The translations under genes were made by a program, and so were the position numbers. Positions 48,011 to 64,000 of a stretch of 64,000 bases of DNA are shown piece by piece; within the stretch, counting starts at the first letter, position 1; the number at the start of each line of letters is the position of its first letter. Origin of the DNA: the human T2T-CHM13v2.0 reference genome, Homo sapiens; NCBI RefSeq assembly GCF_009914755.1, contig NC_060944.1. One strand, given 5' to 3'. Below the pieces are notes generated by a model, which saw nothing but the letters and a program-made list of their open reading frames with translations, was not told where the DNA came from and searched no databases.

Positions 48011-49659
48011 TGATAATGTTGAGGGGAAATTCTCTGGTCAGAGCTAATGTGTCTTTAATGCCAACCTCCCTGTTCTCCCAGAGAGAGCAACTTAGAACTT
48101 CGGGTTGGCAACAGATCTACAGAGGATTTATGTTGTTTTGTTTTCATGGAATTTAATTTTACAGTTACCTTTAATTTATGACAAGTGGCTCTGCTCCCCA
48201 TATCCAGGATAATATTACGTTTTCTTTAAAAATAATCACATTACACTGTCAATGTATGCCAATTATATCTCAATAAAGCTGTAAAAATAAATGAATATAT
48301 TTTAGTAAATAAAAGCAAGTTGGTTTACAGAAAATGATAAGTAAATACTAGTATAGGTACTTAAAAATAGGGAGGGGTGAGCCACACCCCTGAGGGTCTC
48401 AGGCCTGGAGAGGGGAGATTTGCCAGGAGGACACAGCAGGTCACACTGGACCTCTTGATGGTTCCCAGGCTCTGGGGCCTTTCCCACTCTTCTCCCAAGA
48501 AGCAGCAAGGTCAGTCTGGAGAGCATGGCAGGGAACTTTCAAGGAAGAAAGTTCTAGAAGAAATTTCTTAAAAGAACTGCTCCAGAATGTTACTGTCTTG
48601 GGGCAGAAGCAGCCTACAACCAGCGTCCCCCCTTCCTGTACCCCAGTTCTGTCTGGGTGACCCTGGTGAGTGGATGCCTGGATCTCCCCTGGACTGTGCC
48701 GTGGGCGTGGGGGCTGTGTGCAGCCTGGCTGAGCCTGCAAATGCATTCGAAGTGGCCTCGAAGGACTCATGTCCCCTTCCTCCAACGAAAGCGCTAGCAG
48801 ATGTTTGGCAGTCGGGAGTTTCTGCCTGACCTCAGGAGGTACAGGAAGGACACGGAGAGGCCAGTCCTTGACCCCAGAATGGGACTGGCCTGGAGGGGAT
48901 GTCGGGGGAAGGAGGAATATGCCAGGTGTGAAGGGGGCCACAGCCTCCCTTTTCCCCGATCCCTGCCCCAGGAGTGGGACTCAGCTGGCTGCTGTAGGGT
49001 TTGTGCACCACAGATGAGGAGAGAATGCAAAGTCCATTGGCCGCAAAGCAGCGACTGAGCCTCTGAAATGTCGAGTGAGCCTGTCAGGTTAGACAGAATT
49101 AGATGGGTGCACCCAGGCTCTCCCTGGCCTGCCACTTCCCGCCCCAGGGCCCTTCAGCAGCTGCCCCCTCTGCCTGGCTCTTCCCTGGCTCTCTAGATGG
49201 CTGATTCCTCTCCTTTTAGCTCTCAGCTGATGTCACCACCTCCAAGAAGCCTCCCCTGATCACTCTCTAAAGAACCCTCCAGGTCACTTGCTATCACATC
49301 TTTGGTTTTATTTCCTTCATTGAAGAACTTAGTGCAATCTCAAGTTTATATTATTCATTTGTGTGTTCGCATGTTGAGCGCATGTCCCACTGCTGACCCC
49401 TGGCACTTAGCTCGTAATAGGTTTGTATAATAGGTGTTCAAGGTGTTGAATGGATTTTGACCATGGACGTGATGCCCAACAGAGTCCCTGCCTCCCATTG
49501 CACTCTGGGAGGGGAGGCAAGCATCTCCAGCAGCTTGGCAGGTAGAAGGCCTCTTGGATAACTATGTGAATTATGCCCATTTCAAAGATTGGATGCCGAG
49601 TCCCAGAGGCAGAAGTCTCCCAGTCCAGGGGTCCATGGTCAGGATGACCTGAAGTCTTA

Positions 49660-50217
<558 letters not shown>

Positions 50218-53200
50218 TCAGGACCCAAGGTGCTGGGGACAGTGGGGCCCTAGCCTATCCCTAGAGCAGACCACTCCCCTCCACCAAGGAGCCCTGGGGG
50301 CTGCTTGGCCTCTCCCGGCACACAGCAGGCCCCTCGAGGCCACTCGCTTCAGGTCTCACCTGGTGCTGGGCACCTGCTATCTACTCGGTGCTCAGCGAGC
50401 GTGTGGCAAGGGAAAGAGCGCATGGCCGCTGCAGAGGCCCGGGCCGAGGTGTGAGGCCAAACAATGCAGGCCCTGCCCTTCTTCAGGGCTCCGTCCCTAA
50501 GCCCAGACACCAGGGGGAGGAATTGGGCTCAGGGCAGAAGGTGACTGGAAGATGGACACGGGAAGCAGGCGCTGCAGCACAAGCTCCAGGTCCTCTAGAG
50601 TGACCCCTAGATGAGCTTGGCTGGGCCTGGAGAAGTGAAGCCCGGGAGTGGGACTGTTCACGATCTTTTCTCGGGCTGCTGAGAGGCGAGAGTGCCAAAA
50701 CCTTCAGCTGCTAAAGAGCAGCAGCTCTCCCAGAAACTGTCATCTCCAATCAGGGCTGATGGGCTTGAGATGGCCCAGATGACGGGATGCTGTGGGAAGC
50801 TCGGCAGTGAGCTGCGTCCAAATACTCCAGCCACGGGCTGTGCTCAGGGGCGCTGGCCTGGCCCTGGAGGCCCAGCTCCTGCAGCGAAGCTTCCAAGCAT
50901 GGCTCTTCCCACCCAGCCTGGGGCTGGAGTGGGTCAGGAGGGGCTGAGTCTTAGGGCTCCAGTCCAGGGGATGTGGGGGCCTGGCAGTAACTTCAGGAGG
51001 CCTTGGGAGGGGTTGGGGGCTGAGTTGAGAAGTGAGCAGATGGCGTGTTCTGTCCCTTTCCTGACCTTGCAGGCAGACCTTCCCAGCAAGGGTTCAGGAG
51101 AGCTGAGGGCCCCCCACTGCCCCCGCGGAGCTGCCTGACCCCAAACTCTCTGTGCCCCAGGGGTATTTGAGGAAAATGAGGCAGAGTGGATTCCTCAGTT
51201 CCCTTGAGGTTGGGGGTTGCCTCTGGAGACTTTTGGGGTCCCCAGTGATCAGCTGAGAAGGCAGGAGTGACGCTGATTATGACAAGGGGGATGACGGCAC
51301 CTGTTAACTGGGTGTGGACCCCTTGCTCTTTTATACATTATTCCCATCTGATCTTTGCAATAACCCTGGAGTCGGTGTTAGCATCATCTTCCTCTCATGG
51401 GCAGAGAAACAGGCTCAGCTCAGAGATGGGCTCAGCTTCCACGGGGCACATGCCACCCGGATGTGGCAAAGCCAGGATGTGAGCCCAGGTTGTTGGACTT
51501 CGGGGTGTGACGGCGTCACCGGTGCTTGTCTCACATCCCCAGAGAACACAAAAGGGGCTGACTTGGAGACGGGGTAAAACGCAGGGCAGTCAACAAACAT
51601 TGGCCGACTGAATAAACGAAGGTATGAGTACAAATGCTGGTGTAGCCCTAGGTCCCTGTTGTAATCTTGGTTCATCCTGCAACTGATTTATTGGCTTTAA
51701 TTAGCCAAATAGGAGAAATGAAAACAAATAGCCACCCAGCCAGGGCCAAGGTGTCCCCACACCGACTCATCAGCACTTGGGGCCACTCTGCCAAGTGAAA
51801 GAAATGCCAGTGGGATCTTGAAAGAGAGAGGCCGTGGTTGTTTTGTCTCAACTTGGCACGTCTACTTTGCAGGAATTTGTGGCAGGATATTGTAGTGGGT
51901 ACGTAGGCACCAAAGTTGGGCCAGATCCCCATGCAACTCGCCAGGAGTCCTGAGCTGACGGGTGCACGTCAGCGTCAACACCACGTGCATGTGGGGCTTC
52001 TGCAATCTGCTTCTTCAGAAGACACTGGGTTTCCTGGATTCAATTCTGCAGGTTAATTTGAACATCTTCAGTGTCAACGAAACCTGTCCAAAAGTGTTGA
52101 TTTGGGGGAATGGATGAAAACAGAGCGAGGAAAAGGATCAAAAGGGGTCAGCAATATTTGCCTGGTAGGAAAATCAAGCTTGCGTTTCAGAGTAAAATAG
52201 TGAAGGGGCCCTGCAAATTATCTTGTCATTGTTTCCACAAAACTTGGGCTCTTGAGGAAATGTTTTTCTGTTCAAAAGAAAACAAGGCTTTTTTTTTCCC
52301 CCTGCACCCTCCCTGAAGTCACTGAGACTAGATGGCCCTTTTGTCATGAATCCTCAGATCCTGTGTTTCTGCCGAGTGCATTTTAGTTTATCTTGTTTTT
52401 CTGTGAGGAACTGGGATTTAATTATGTTGGGAGACTCTGAGATACAGCGAAGTGTTGCTGCATTCGGAACATGTACACACAAATGCGAAGAGCTCCTCAA
52501 GATGCACCTGTGGAGGAGCATCACGTGGCCTCTTGGTCATGCGTGAAGTCTCAACTTCAAGGTTGCAAAAACGAAATTAACCAATTATAAATGATTCCAT
52601 GACATTTTCTCCAACATAGCTCTTGGGGTAGATGTTGGATTTTCTTTGCTTCCCCCCCCACCCCTTCTCTTCCTCCAAAAAAGTCTTAACTAAAGAAATA
52701 ACAGCTGAAAGCAGATGGTGCGGTGGGTTGGGTTACACAACTTTTTGCAGGGAAGTGATAGACGGAGTTAAATGCATGGACCAAATTGACTTTTATCAAC
52801 CATGGATTTTTAATTAACAGTGGTGTCCACTTACTGTCATTCATTATTTACTGTTTACCCACTAATTAAAAATTATGCTGTTTTTGCATTCATAAGAGCA
52901 GGGACATTTGAAATTAGATAGCATTGTTCAAATTACCTGCAGAATTAAATCTAGAGTTCCCAATTGCTCAGACCAGGCTACCGGAGCTTAAAATATGACC
53001 TGCTTGAGGCCGATGTGTTATCCTGAATCAGAGCACCAGAAACAGGCCTCATGAACAAATACCATATGGACCTGCCTGGGGCCTTCCGGGGAAAGGACAC
53101 TCACTGAGCACACCCAGAAGTGTGGGCACTTGGCTAAGATTGTCTTGAGATCATCAAATGGTGCCCAGCGTCTCCTGAGCACACATTCTGGGAGGCCCAA

Positions 53201-53429
53201 GGCCAGGTGCTTCATCTGCATCATGACCTTGAGTCCTCACAGCGGCAGCGTGTCAGTACCTTGGCAGAGCCCAAAGGATTGACAGGTATAATCGACACAA
53301 CCACCCGTGACATGGGTTCTGTCAATGCACCCATTTTGCTGATGAGGAAACTGTGGTTCAGAGGGGTGGAGGGACTTGGCCATTGCCACTCCTCCACAGA
53401 CAGATGCTTCTTAGCTAAATAAAACACAA

Positions 53430-54035
<606 letters not shown>

Positions 54036-54714
54036 CCCTTCTCTTACCTCCCTTCCCCAGCAATTCTCCTAGATGGGTGTGGTTATTCCAGTTTGCAGAT
54101 GAACAGTGGAGGCCTAGAGAGGCTTCACTCCTGGGGCCACAATTTATGTTTTCTTCAAAGATCATGAAAAACGCAGGTATGGATCAAAGAGAGAAGAGGG
54201 TGGAGAAAAGATGTGAGTTTTGTAGTCAGAGCAGAGGGAGAAATATCAGCTTTTCAGGTACCTTTCTTCTGGGGGTAAAAAGCAAAAGAAAAGTACTTTT
54301 TTCTCCTGTAATCTGCTTGTTCTGAGGTTCTCGAAGCAAGGCACGAACGAACACAGGGTGGGGTGCGAGGTGATTTCAGGCGCGAAGCGAGCACTTCGTA
54401 TTCCAACAGTCACGCGTCGGTTTTAGAGGGTGTTAAAAGTGGCGGTAGTTATCATAACAGCCTTGTACTTGCATGGCCCGTTTTTCTGAGGACTGAGTTT
54501 TAAAAGGTGATTGATCTGAACTTGATATTAAAATATTTGGTATTTTAATTATTTTCTTTTAATATTTTAATAAAATCATATTTTATAAGGAGATGTACAA
54601 GGGACTCGTGGGTGTGGTAAATGGCCTGAGGGTGGTGCACGGAAGACGGAGGGAGGAGCAGCTCAAGGTGAACTCGTCACCTCACCTGAGGCACGCGAAA
54701 GGAGAGCATCTGGG

Positions 54715-55150
54715 CATCTCAGGGCTGCCACGACAAAGACCACACGCTGAGTGGCTGAAGCAACAGGAGTCGATCCTTTCCCAGTCTGGAGTCTGCAAGT
54801 CTGAAGTTTGAAATCAAGGTGTGGGTAGGGCCTCTCCCAGCACCTGGTGGCTCCAGGTGTCCCTTGGCTTGGGGCTGCATCACGCTGGTCTCTACCCCCA
54901 TCTTCCCATGGCCTTCATCCCTACTTGTGTGTTTCCTCTGTCTGCACCTGTGTCCAAATCTCCCTCTCCTTTCTTTTATAAAGGCACCAATCCCTGGATT
55001 AGAGCCCACCCTAATCCTAATCCAGTGTGACTTCATCCTAACTTGATTACATCTGCAAAGACCCTATATCCAAATAAGGTCCTATTCCCAGGTACTGGGG
55101 GTTAGGACTCGAACATATCTTTTTTGGGGGGTTACATTCAACCCACAGCA
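54715..55150 (-). mobile_element. MLT1-family (MaLR) solo LTR
   Basis: agggctgcc...aaatcaaggtgt...acatctgcaaagaccctatatccaaataaggtc...ggggttaggact...attcaaccca. Confidence 0.85.
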
Positions 55151-55155
55151 GATAA

Positions 55156-55540
<385 letters not shown>

Positions 55541-56094
55541 CCAAATACTTATTGAATGCCTGTTGTATGCCTGGAAATGAAATGGACTCTGGGTCTATAT
55601 GGCTGCACATGATGGTCAGAATTCCTGTTCTCCTGGAGAGACTGACATTAATCAAATAGACTCACATCAGAGTAGAACTTCAAACCATCCCAAGTGTCTT
55701 GATGGAAATTTAAACAATGGCCAACAACTTCAATGATTTCCCAGTGCACTTGGTTCAATATCCAAGCTTTCTTGTGTAGCCTCGAAGCCCTTTGAAACTG
55801 GGTGCCTTTTTACCACCAGATCATCCACCCCATCCCACCGTGCTTTTCCACTGTGAGTCCCTAGTGCTGAAAGGGCAAACCTTTGGCTGCCTTGAGGCTA
55901 TTGCCTGTGCTGTTCCATCCTCTGCTCTGTGCTGGGCTCTCCATCTTCGCGGAGATCTCGGCATAAATGGCATTTCCTGGCAGTGCATCCTTTCCAGGCA
56001 CCCCTCTTCTGTTCACTCCATTCTCTTCTCTCCTGTGCAGCACTCATCACATCTGGCATTTATTATCTGCTTTCTTACTTCGGTTTACTTTTTT

Positions 56095-57375
<1,281 letters not shown>

Positions 57376-57404
57376 GTGGGCTGTCACTTTAGGCTTCTTA
57401 ACTT

Positions 57405-57510
57405 TTTCTTTTCTCCTTCCTTCCTTCCTTCCTTCCCTCTGTCCTTTCTTCCTCCCTCCTTCCTTCCCTTTTCCCCTTCCCTTCCCTTCCCTCATTTCTC
57501 CCTTCCTCTG
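57405..57510. repeat. CT-rich (CCTT)n-like low-complexity repeat
   Basis: ccttccttccttccttccttccct... Confidence 0.85.
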
Positions 57511-58139
57511 CCTGTGACTCCACGAGTCTGCCAGCCTCATGAGGGCTGGGTCCTCATCTCTCTTGCTCACTGCTGATTCTCTAGCACCTGGCACAGTGCC
57601 TCAGGGATGCCCAATACATATTTGTTGTGTTAAGTCATGGAAAGTGCTTAGGACAATGCCTTCATAGACTAAGTGCTCAGTAAATGCTATTTATAATGAC
57701 TACTTTTCGCTGAATGAATGAATGGCTTGTGGTCCATAGCAGCACGTGTGTGACTTCCTTGTTGACCCTTCTCCCACCCCTCAGGATGTGGCCATTACAG
57801 TCAGGCTTGAAGCAGGAGAGGAGAAAGACAAGGTTTACAGCTGTTGGGATTGCCAAGAATCTGGCTGAGGGCAAAAGGGTGATCAGTCAGGGAGTTCCCA
57901 GCAGGCTGGGGGCCCAGGCTGATCCAAGCAGGTAGAGAGGAAAGAGAAGTAGGTGAAGGGAGATTGGTGTGTGAGCATCAGATCATGTCACAGGCTTAGA
58001 TGGGTTGGATCTGGCCTAAGAAGCGAATGCCAGGTGCTTTGCTTTAAAGCCTCTTTTCACCCTTGGAACCTGCCCTAGTGAAACCAGGATCCTGACATGG
58101 TCCTGCACCCCCAAGGAAGCCTCCACTAGCTCCACAGTC

Positions 58140-58447
58140 ACATAATGCAAGCCATAAATGTCAGCCCTGCATGTGATTTTACTGGTGCATGTTTTCTAGT
58201 AGCCATGTTAAAAAAGCTAAAAAGAGACAGGTAAAATCAATTTTAATGATATATTTTATCCGGCTCCAAGTACTATATATTTCAACATGTAACAAATACA
58301 ACGATTAATGAGATATTTTATGTGCTTTTCCCCCCCATACCAAGTCTTCAGAACTTGGTGTATATTTTATACTTACAGCACAACTCAATTTAGACAGGTC
58401 ACATTTCAGGTGCCCTGTGACTACATGGCCAGATTAGACAGCAGAGC
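58140..58447. mobile_element. MER33-like hAT-Charlie element
   Basis: ttttctagtagccatgttaaaaaag...tatacttacagcacaactcaatttagac...cacatttca. Confidence 0.75.
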
Positions 58448-61400
58448 TCTAGCTCAAGGATGGAGCATGCATGTCACATTTTGCTGTATCAGAGGTTTTC
58501 AAGTTGGCTTCTGAAGACCCTGGGGTTATTTTTGAAACAGATAGGGCAACCCAGTGGGTAGGATGTAGTCTTTGACCCAGCTTTAGCCCAAACAGTCCCT
58601 ATCTGTTGCTCTGTTTTATATACTGAGGTTTGGATTAAGATTTGCTTTTTTTTTTTTTTTTTTTCTTAAAATATCTGAAACCCTCTAGTTTATTTCAAAA
58701 CCGTCAGCTTGAGGTAATTCACCTAGAAAGTTTGGACTTGGAGGAAGCTTACACATATTTTAAATAAAAATTTCAGCAATGGCTCCCTACCCAAAAAATA
58801 ACCTCTCTTGATTAGAGGAGGCTGCCTTTTACAAATGGAGGAGATATGCTGGCTGCGATGGTGGCCCTGGCTGCGTGGCCATTAAGCTTCAGAGACCGGC
58901 TGTGGAAATGGAGCCATTCCAGCACTGCTGCAGCCAAAGATGTACTTTCCAATGAAGTCACTGCACAAAAGGCATGCAGGGTTTGCACCAGAACACCCCC
59001 AGAAGGCTGCAGATTGGATGCTATGACTGGATGCTGCATCAACAAACACAGAAATATGAAGACACACTTTGCATTCTAAGAAGCCCACCTCCAACCTCTG
59101 GTGTGAATGGCTGGTCCTCAGATACCTCACATGTCTCTCATTTGGCTATAATGGAATCTCCTCATCCACCTAATCCGAGAATCTTCGTGTTCAGGGCTGG
59201 CAGGCAAGTTGGGGAATGGGTTGGACTTTGCTACCTTGGGAAACACAGAAATTATATGCTCTAAACAAAGCACCCTCCACCCGCCGCAGCCTTCAGCATC
59301 CCAGCCCTGTGGAATGTGCCCTCCTCTGCTCAGTGCACTCAGAGAGTTGAAGGCTGCCCGAGAAAGTCAGTCAAGGGGTACCTGGCAGAGCAGGTCTGAG
59401 GATGTGAGAAGCAGAAGGGCCTTTGGATTAAGAAGCTGCGGGTTGACAGGTGATCAAAGGGACAGGGTTTGGTTAGCTACTGGCCCCCCAGTTCTCCATG
59501 AAAAGTCTCAGGTCAGTCTGGACCACGGGATGGAGGACAAAGGTGGGCCTTGCTTGGTACCACCTGGAGAAGGTGACTGCTTCATGTTTGTGTGACATGT
59601 GCTTAAGCCACAATGGAAAACGCTGCGTATGAGGAAGCGGCTGGCCACTGAGGATAACTCCCCGAGGCCTCTGCTTAGCCACTCCTGCTGAGGGAAAGGA
59701 AGTGCACAGTTCACAGAATGGGAAAGGAATGGGGGCCTGGGGAGACGAGTTCTGGCCCACCAAGCCTGGCTCATAAGCTAGGTTTTTCTGTTTGTTTGTT
59801 TAGGAATGTTCCAGAACGAAAACTGTGCACATGAAAACTCTCCCTTGGCCTCATGATAATGCTAATTATTCTTGCTCTGGCTGGAGCTCCCACCCAGTTG
59901 GAAACTGGAACATCCCAGCCACAGGCCAGCTGCTTCCAAAGAGCCAAGGAAGCAGGGTGACAGATGGAAGCGTTTCCCTTTTCACCCAGATGTTCCGGTG
60001 TTTTGGAGACAAGGCCTCGTTAACTTGACTTTAGCACCTGCGTTCCCAGCTTGCACGTTGGTCTGTAGACATTATTTATACCAAACTTGGCCAATGCTGT
60101 CCACTGATGCCAACATCCCACCTGGTGCTTGGAGGAGCCGGTGAGGGGATGATGACAGCTTGTAGCATCACTGCGTAGAAGGGGTTCTGAATGTGCCCAG
60201 ATCTCACTGAATGTCCTGTTGCCTGCCCTAAGCGGTGTAGTTAGGAGTCAGTGTTTTCCAAACAGAATGTGTATCTGGGAGTCTCCCGTTGGACTGAACT
60301 TTTATTAGCTCTCTTGGCAGAAGGCTGAAGCTTTTATTGTTCTATAGAACAGGACTTCGGCAAGATAATCACAAGGTTTTGACACATTCAATAAGAACGA
60401 AGGTGTTCGTATACATCATGGCGAAGACCCCTCAGAACCCAGAAAGGGTGCCTGAGAGGGACTCCTGGGATGCCCCCTTGAGCGGCTGAACTCTTCATGG
60501 CCTTGGCAACTGGTTCTCCACCAGATCTTCCCCAGAGGGGCCAAGAATCTTGTCGGGCCGCAGAAATATTTAGGTTTTGAGGAGAGAGGGATGGAGGATG
60601 GTGGTTTCCATTGAGTACCCTTGGATCTGAGACCTGCCCAAAGATGTCGGGGGTGACTGGGAGGAACCCCAGCGTCGGGGGAGGCACACCACTCACCGAG
60701 CTGTTCTTGGGAGCTTCCACAAGGGGGCCCTCTTGAGCTTTGGTTGGGGCGATTGGGAGCCAGTGGCGAACCCTCACCCCGCCGGCTCCAGCTTCGGCCT
60801 CCAGCTGAGGGTCACCCAGCCTCCCTCGTTCCACCCAGTCCTTGCGGAAGAAGGAGCCCACCAAGGCCAGCTCTGGTGCCCAAACTTTCTTCCACGTGGG
60901 AGATCTTCCTTTCCACTCGCGCAGAGAACGTATTTAGAGACTGAAGGCAAAGGGTGAAGGGTCACCAAGCCTCGCCTCTTTCAGAGAAGTTTGCAACAAC
61001 ACAACAAAAGCTCCAGTTGGAACCACATAAAAGGGCATGTGGGAAGCTTCATAAACAATGAAACAAGACATCTCGGCTCCATGGGCCTCTCCCCAAAGAC
61101 ACATATACGGGGGCCTTTGGGTCAGCTGCGACGGGAAGCACTGAGATTTTAAATGCAAGAAAATTATTACAATTTAACAAATCAATTTTTCTTACATTGT
61201 ATTGAGATTAAGTTCGTGGTCTCTTTCATACATTCAAAATAAGATATTTCCCTAGAGTGCAATTTTGTGGGAAAACCTACATCATGTTTCGGAAAACCCA
61301 TTTTGCTAGGAGTTACCAGATTTTAAGATAGATGGTAATATTTAATTATTGCACTATTTTACCGTGTAGAAAATTAATGTGCTTTCGGAGTTTCAGGAGA

Positions 61401-63052
61401 AAGACCGGCTATAAGTCTGAACCCTATTTTTAAATTACCATATAAATAGAATCCCAAAGACGCAAATATTGGCTTAAGTGTTGCAGACAAGGTACAGGAA
61501 AATGTGTTGGCTTCCTAAATGTTAAATAAACAGGCTTGTAATTCTCACCTTCCCTCATGACCCTGGCCCAGCTGGGTTCTTACCCTCGGAAGAGCGCACG
61601 TAGCTCAGGAAGGGGACAAAGCGGTGCTAATTGGATGACCACAGCGGGTGAGTCATCAGAGTATCATGGTTACCACCACGATAACAAGATGCACGTTTTT
61701 GGTAAAGCTCTGGAGTCTTCGAAGCCCACATTCATGGATCTGCTCGACCCTTATCACAAACCTTCCAGATAGGGGTGATGACTGCCTCCATCTTACAGAC
61801 CCCAAAACGGAGGCTCAGAAGGGAAAGCCTGACAGTATCTTGCTTCTGTCACACAACCCACAGGTGGAGAGGCCCAAATTCAAAACCGGGTCCGGTAACT
61901 GTAAACCCCTAGCCTCCTTCCATCTGCACTTACAGCCCCTGATCTTGGCTCGACATTTATTGAGCACCTACTGTGTGCTTGGCCATGGGGTTGCAGAGCA
62001 GAGAGGCATCTACAAGGGCTCAGGGTCTGACATTCCAAGCCAATTATTCTGCCCAGTACTGGTCCAGTTTACCAAAGGGAACTGAAAGAGAAGAGGGGCC
62101 TCCAGAGGGGCCCCACTGCCTATGTGTGCCTTGAGGTCTTGCAGGACAAGAAGCTGCTTGACAGATGGAGAGAGCTGTAATGGGCACTCCAGGCAGGAGC
62201 TGTAAAGGTAGCAGGGAGGTGTGAACTAGCAGAGAGAGATGGAGGAGGATGTAATTAGTCCATGTGTGATGGTGGCGCCGTGGGGAGGGTTGTCATGGGG
62301 AGAGCTAGAGAAGCACAGAGCGGCTGGTGCGGAGGGAGGCCTTGCTGCTGCTTCTTGGGGCTGGAATGTTCTCCAGGAGGTGGGCAGGGAGCTTGCAGGG
62401 GGTGAGATCAGGTGTATGCTTTGAAAAGCAGTGTTTTCTACGCTGGCTGTGCCTCCTGGGTGGCACTGCCCACCATTCCAGGGGTCCATGGTGGACATTT
62501 TACACTGGATTAATTTCATGTCTATTTTGACTCAATTCAATAACTGACACGTCAATCCTGGGTTGCTGTTAGGATGAGGCTAAGGCACAGAGGGATAGAT
62601 TATTTTAAAAAATAAGTTAAGTGAGAATGAGCTAGTTGATGTGGAGAGAAATGTTGACTCAGTTACAGAACAGTAATAATCAGATGTGGCCAAATGGCCG
62701 GAATGGCACCTGGTGACAGGTGGTTGGAGGCCCAGGCTCTACGGCCCCCGCTGGCTTGTGTTAAGGATGATGTCGTGCACATTTGAGGGCTGGGGAAGGA
62801 GGGACTTGAGAGGGCCTGTGGGTACCAATTCAATTCATGAGCGAGGAGGTGAGGCTGGGGCCAAAGATGGGGAGGCCACCTTGTAAGGTGAAGTGGGGTG
62901 CAGCTCCTCAGCCTGGAACATGGATGATAATGGGCTGGAGAAGCCGGCCTCTGGAGAGGCAGAGTCCCCAGGGAAGTGGCTCTAGGGAGAAGGCTGAGGC
63001 AGAGGCCAGGGGAGGGGGCACAGTCAGAATGGGGAGCAAGTTGTTTGATAAG

Positions 63053-63152
63053 TAGGGTTGCAGATAAAATGCAGGATGCCCAGTTAAATCTGATTTCCAT
63101 ACACACAACAAAAAACATTTTAGCATCTGTGTGTCCCTAATATTGCATGGAT
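63053..63152. mobile_element. MER53-like fragment
   Basis: tagggttgcagataaaatgcaggatgcccagttaaat. Confidence 0.65.
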
Positions 63153-64000
63153 GAGTGTGGCAATTTGGGTATGGACAGAGAAGAGGGTCAAAACCAGGGA
63201 GATGTGTGAGATAGATTGTGCTTAATGGTTTAATTATTATTTTTATGTAAGTTCTTTTATGCCATACATAGGGCAAAAAAAGAATAAATCAGAAAATGAG
63301 AAAAGCACAAAGATGATTTAAAAGCGCGTCCACAGTCACCTAACCCAGAATGAACTGCCATTAACCTGCTGGTATACATTACCCTCCAGCTTCTAGAGTC
63401 TGGGGATGCCAAAAGGCACAGCACAGGGACTCTGGTCCCCTCTGAACTTCCATCTCTACAACAATGCCTGGCCCACGGTAGGCGGGCAATACATTTTTGG
63501 TGAATGAATAAATAAATCTTTCTAGGCTTTTTTTTTCTTATACATATATAACTGCATTTATCCAATTATCATTTTTATAAAATGGGGTCATCCTATACCT
63601 ATTATTTGAAATCTATTGTTTTAACTTAATAATAGATTTAGCGATCTTTGTGGAAGGTTGATTTTGTTTTTTAAGACTGTGGGGACTAACACACATTCAC
63701 ACATTCACAGTCTGCCGCGGAGGAACTAGAGATGATGCAGGGGCAGAAGCAGGAGATGTAATAACTCAGGGAGGCCGGTGCCCTAATCAAGAAGAGTCCA
63801 ATAAAAACAGGCTAAACTCTTCAAACAAAAGAAATATGTGGCTTGCAGTGGAATTTTCAAAATGTATTAAAAAAGGTGTAAAATGAAAACTGCAAGTCTC
63901 TTCCTACCCCGAAGCCTTGGTTGCTTCCTTCAAACAGAATCACTTTAACAGTTCCTTGTGCATCCTCCCAGAAAATGGTTTCATGCCGATCTCTGCTATT

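Noticed and set aside
59452-59460. TCF/LEF site GATCAAAGG (also GATCAAAG at 54182) suggesting Wnt feedback
   Set aside because: About 0.5 copies of a given 9-mer are expected by chance in this window, and the sites are not clustered

Overview
Primate, almost certainly human, genomic DNA from the VAPB-APCDD1L locus (20q13.32, identified from recognised protein sequences). The + strand carries most of VAPB intron 2, coding exons 3-6 (13654-23292) and a ~7 kb 3' UTR ending near 30150. The - strand carries APCDD1L exons 2-4 (49799-39841) and its 3' UTR ending near 38150, so the genes converge with an ~8 kb gap. All splice sites are canonical and exon phases join without a break. The rest is intron or intergenic DNA with Alus, MIR/L2/L1 remnants, DNA-transposon fossils, an MLT1 LTR and a ~1.2 kb 38-bp minisatellite. 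I cannot support a new biological system here. The best leads are: (1) inverted Alus bracketing VAPB exons 3-5 and 4-5, which could couple VAPC-type exon skipping to circRNAs, one with a stop-free circular frame; (2) the dual-frame exon 6; (3) a rearranged 5.7-9.4 kb patch (VNTR, two local duplications, a fold-back Alu); (4) a GPI-signal-like APCDD1L C-terminus. Repeat subfamily calls and boundaries are by eye and approximate.
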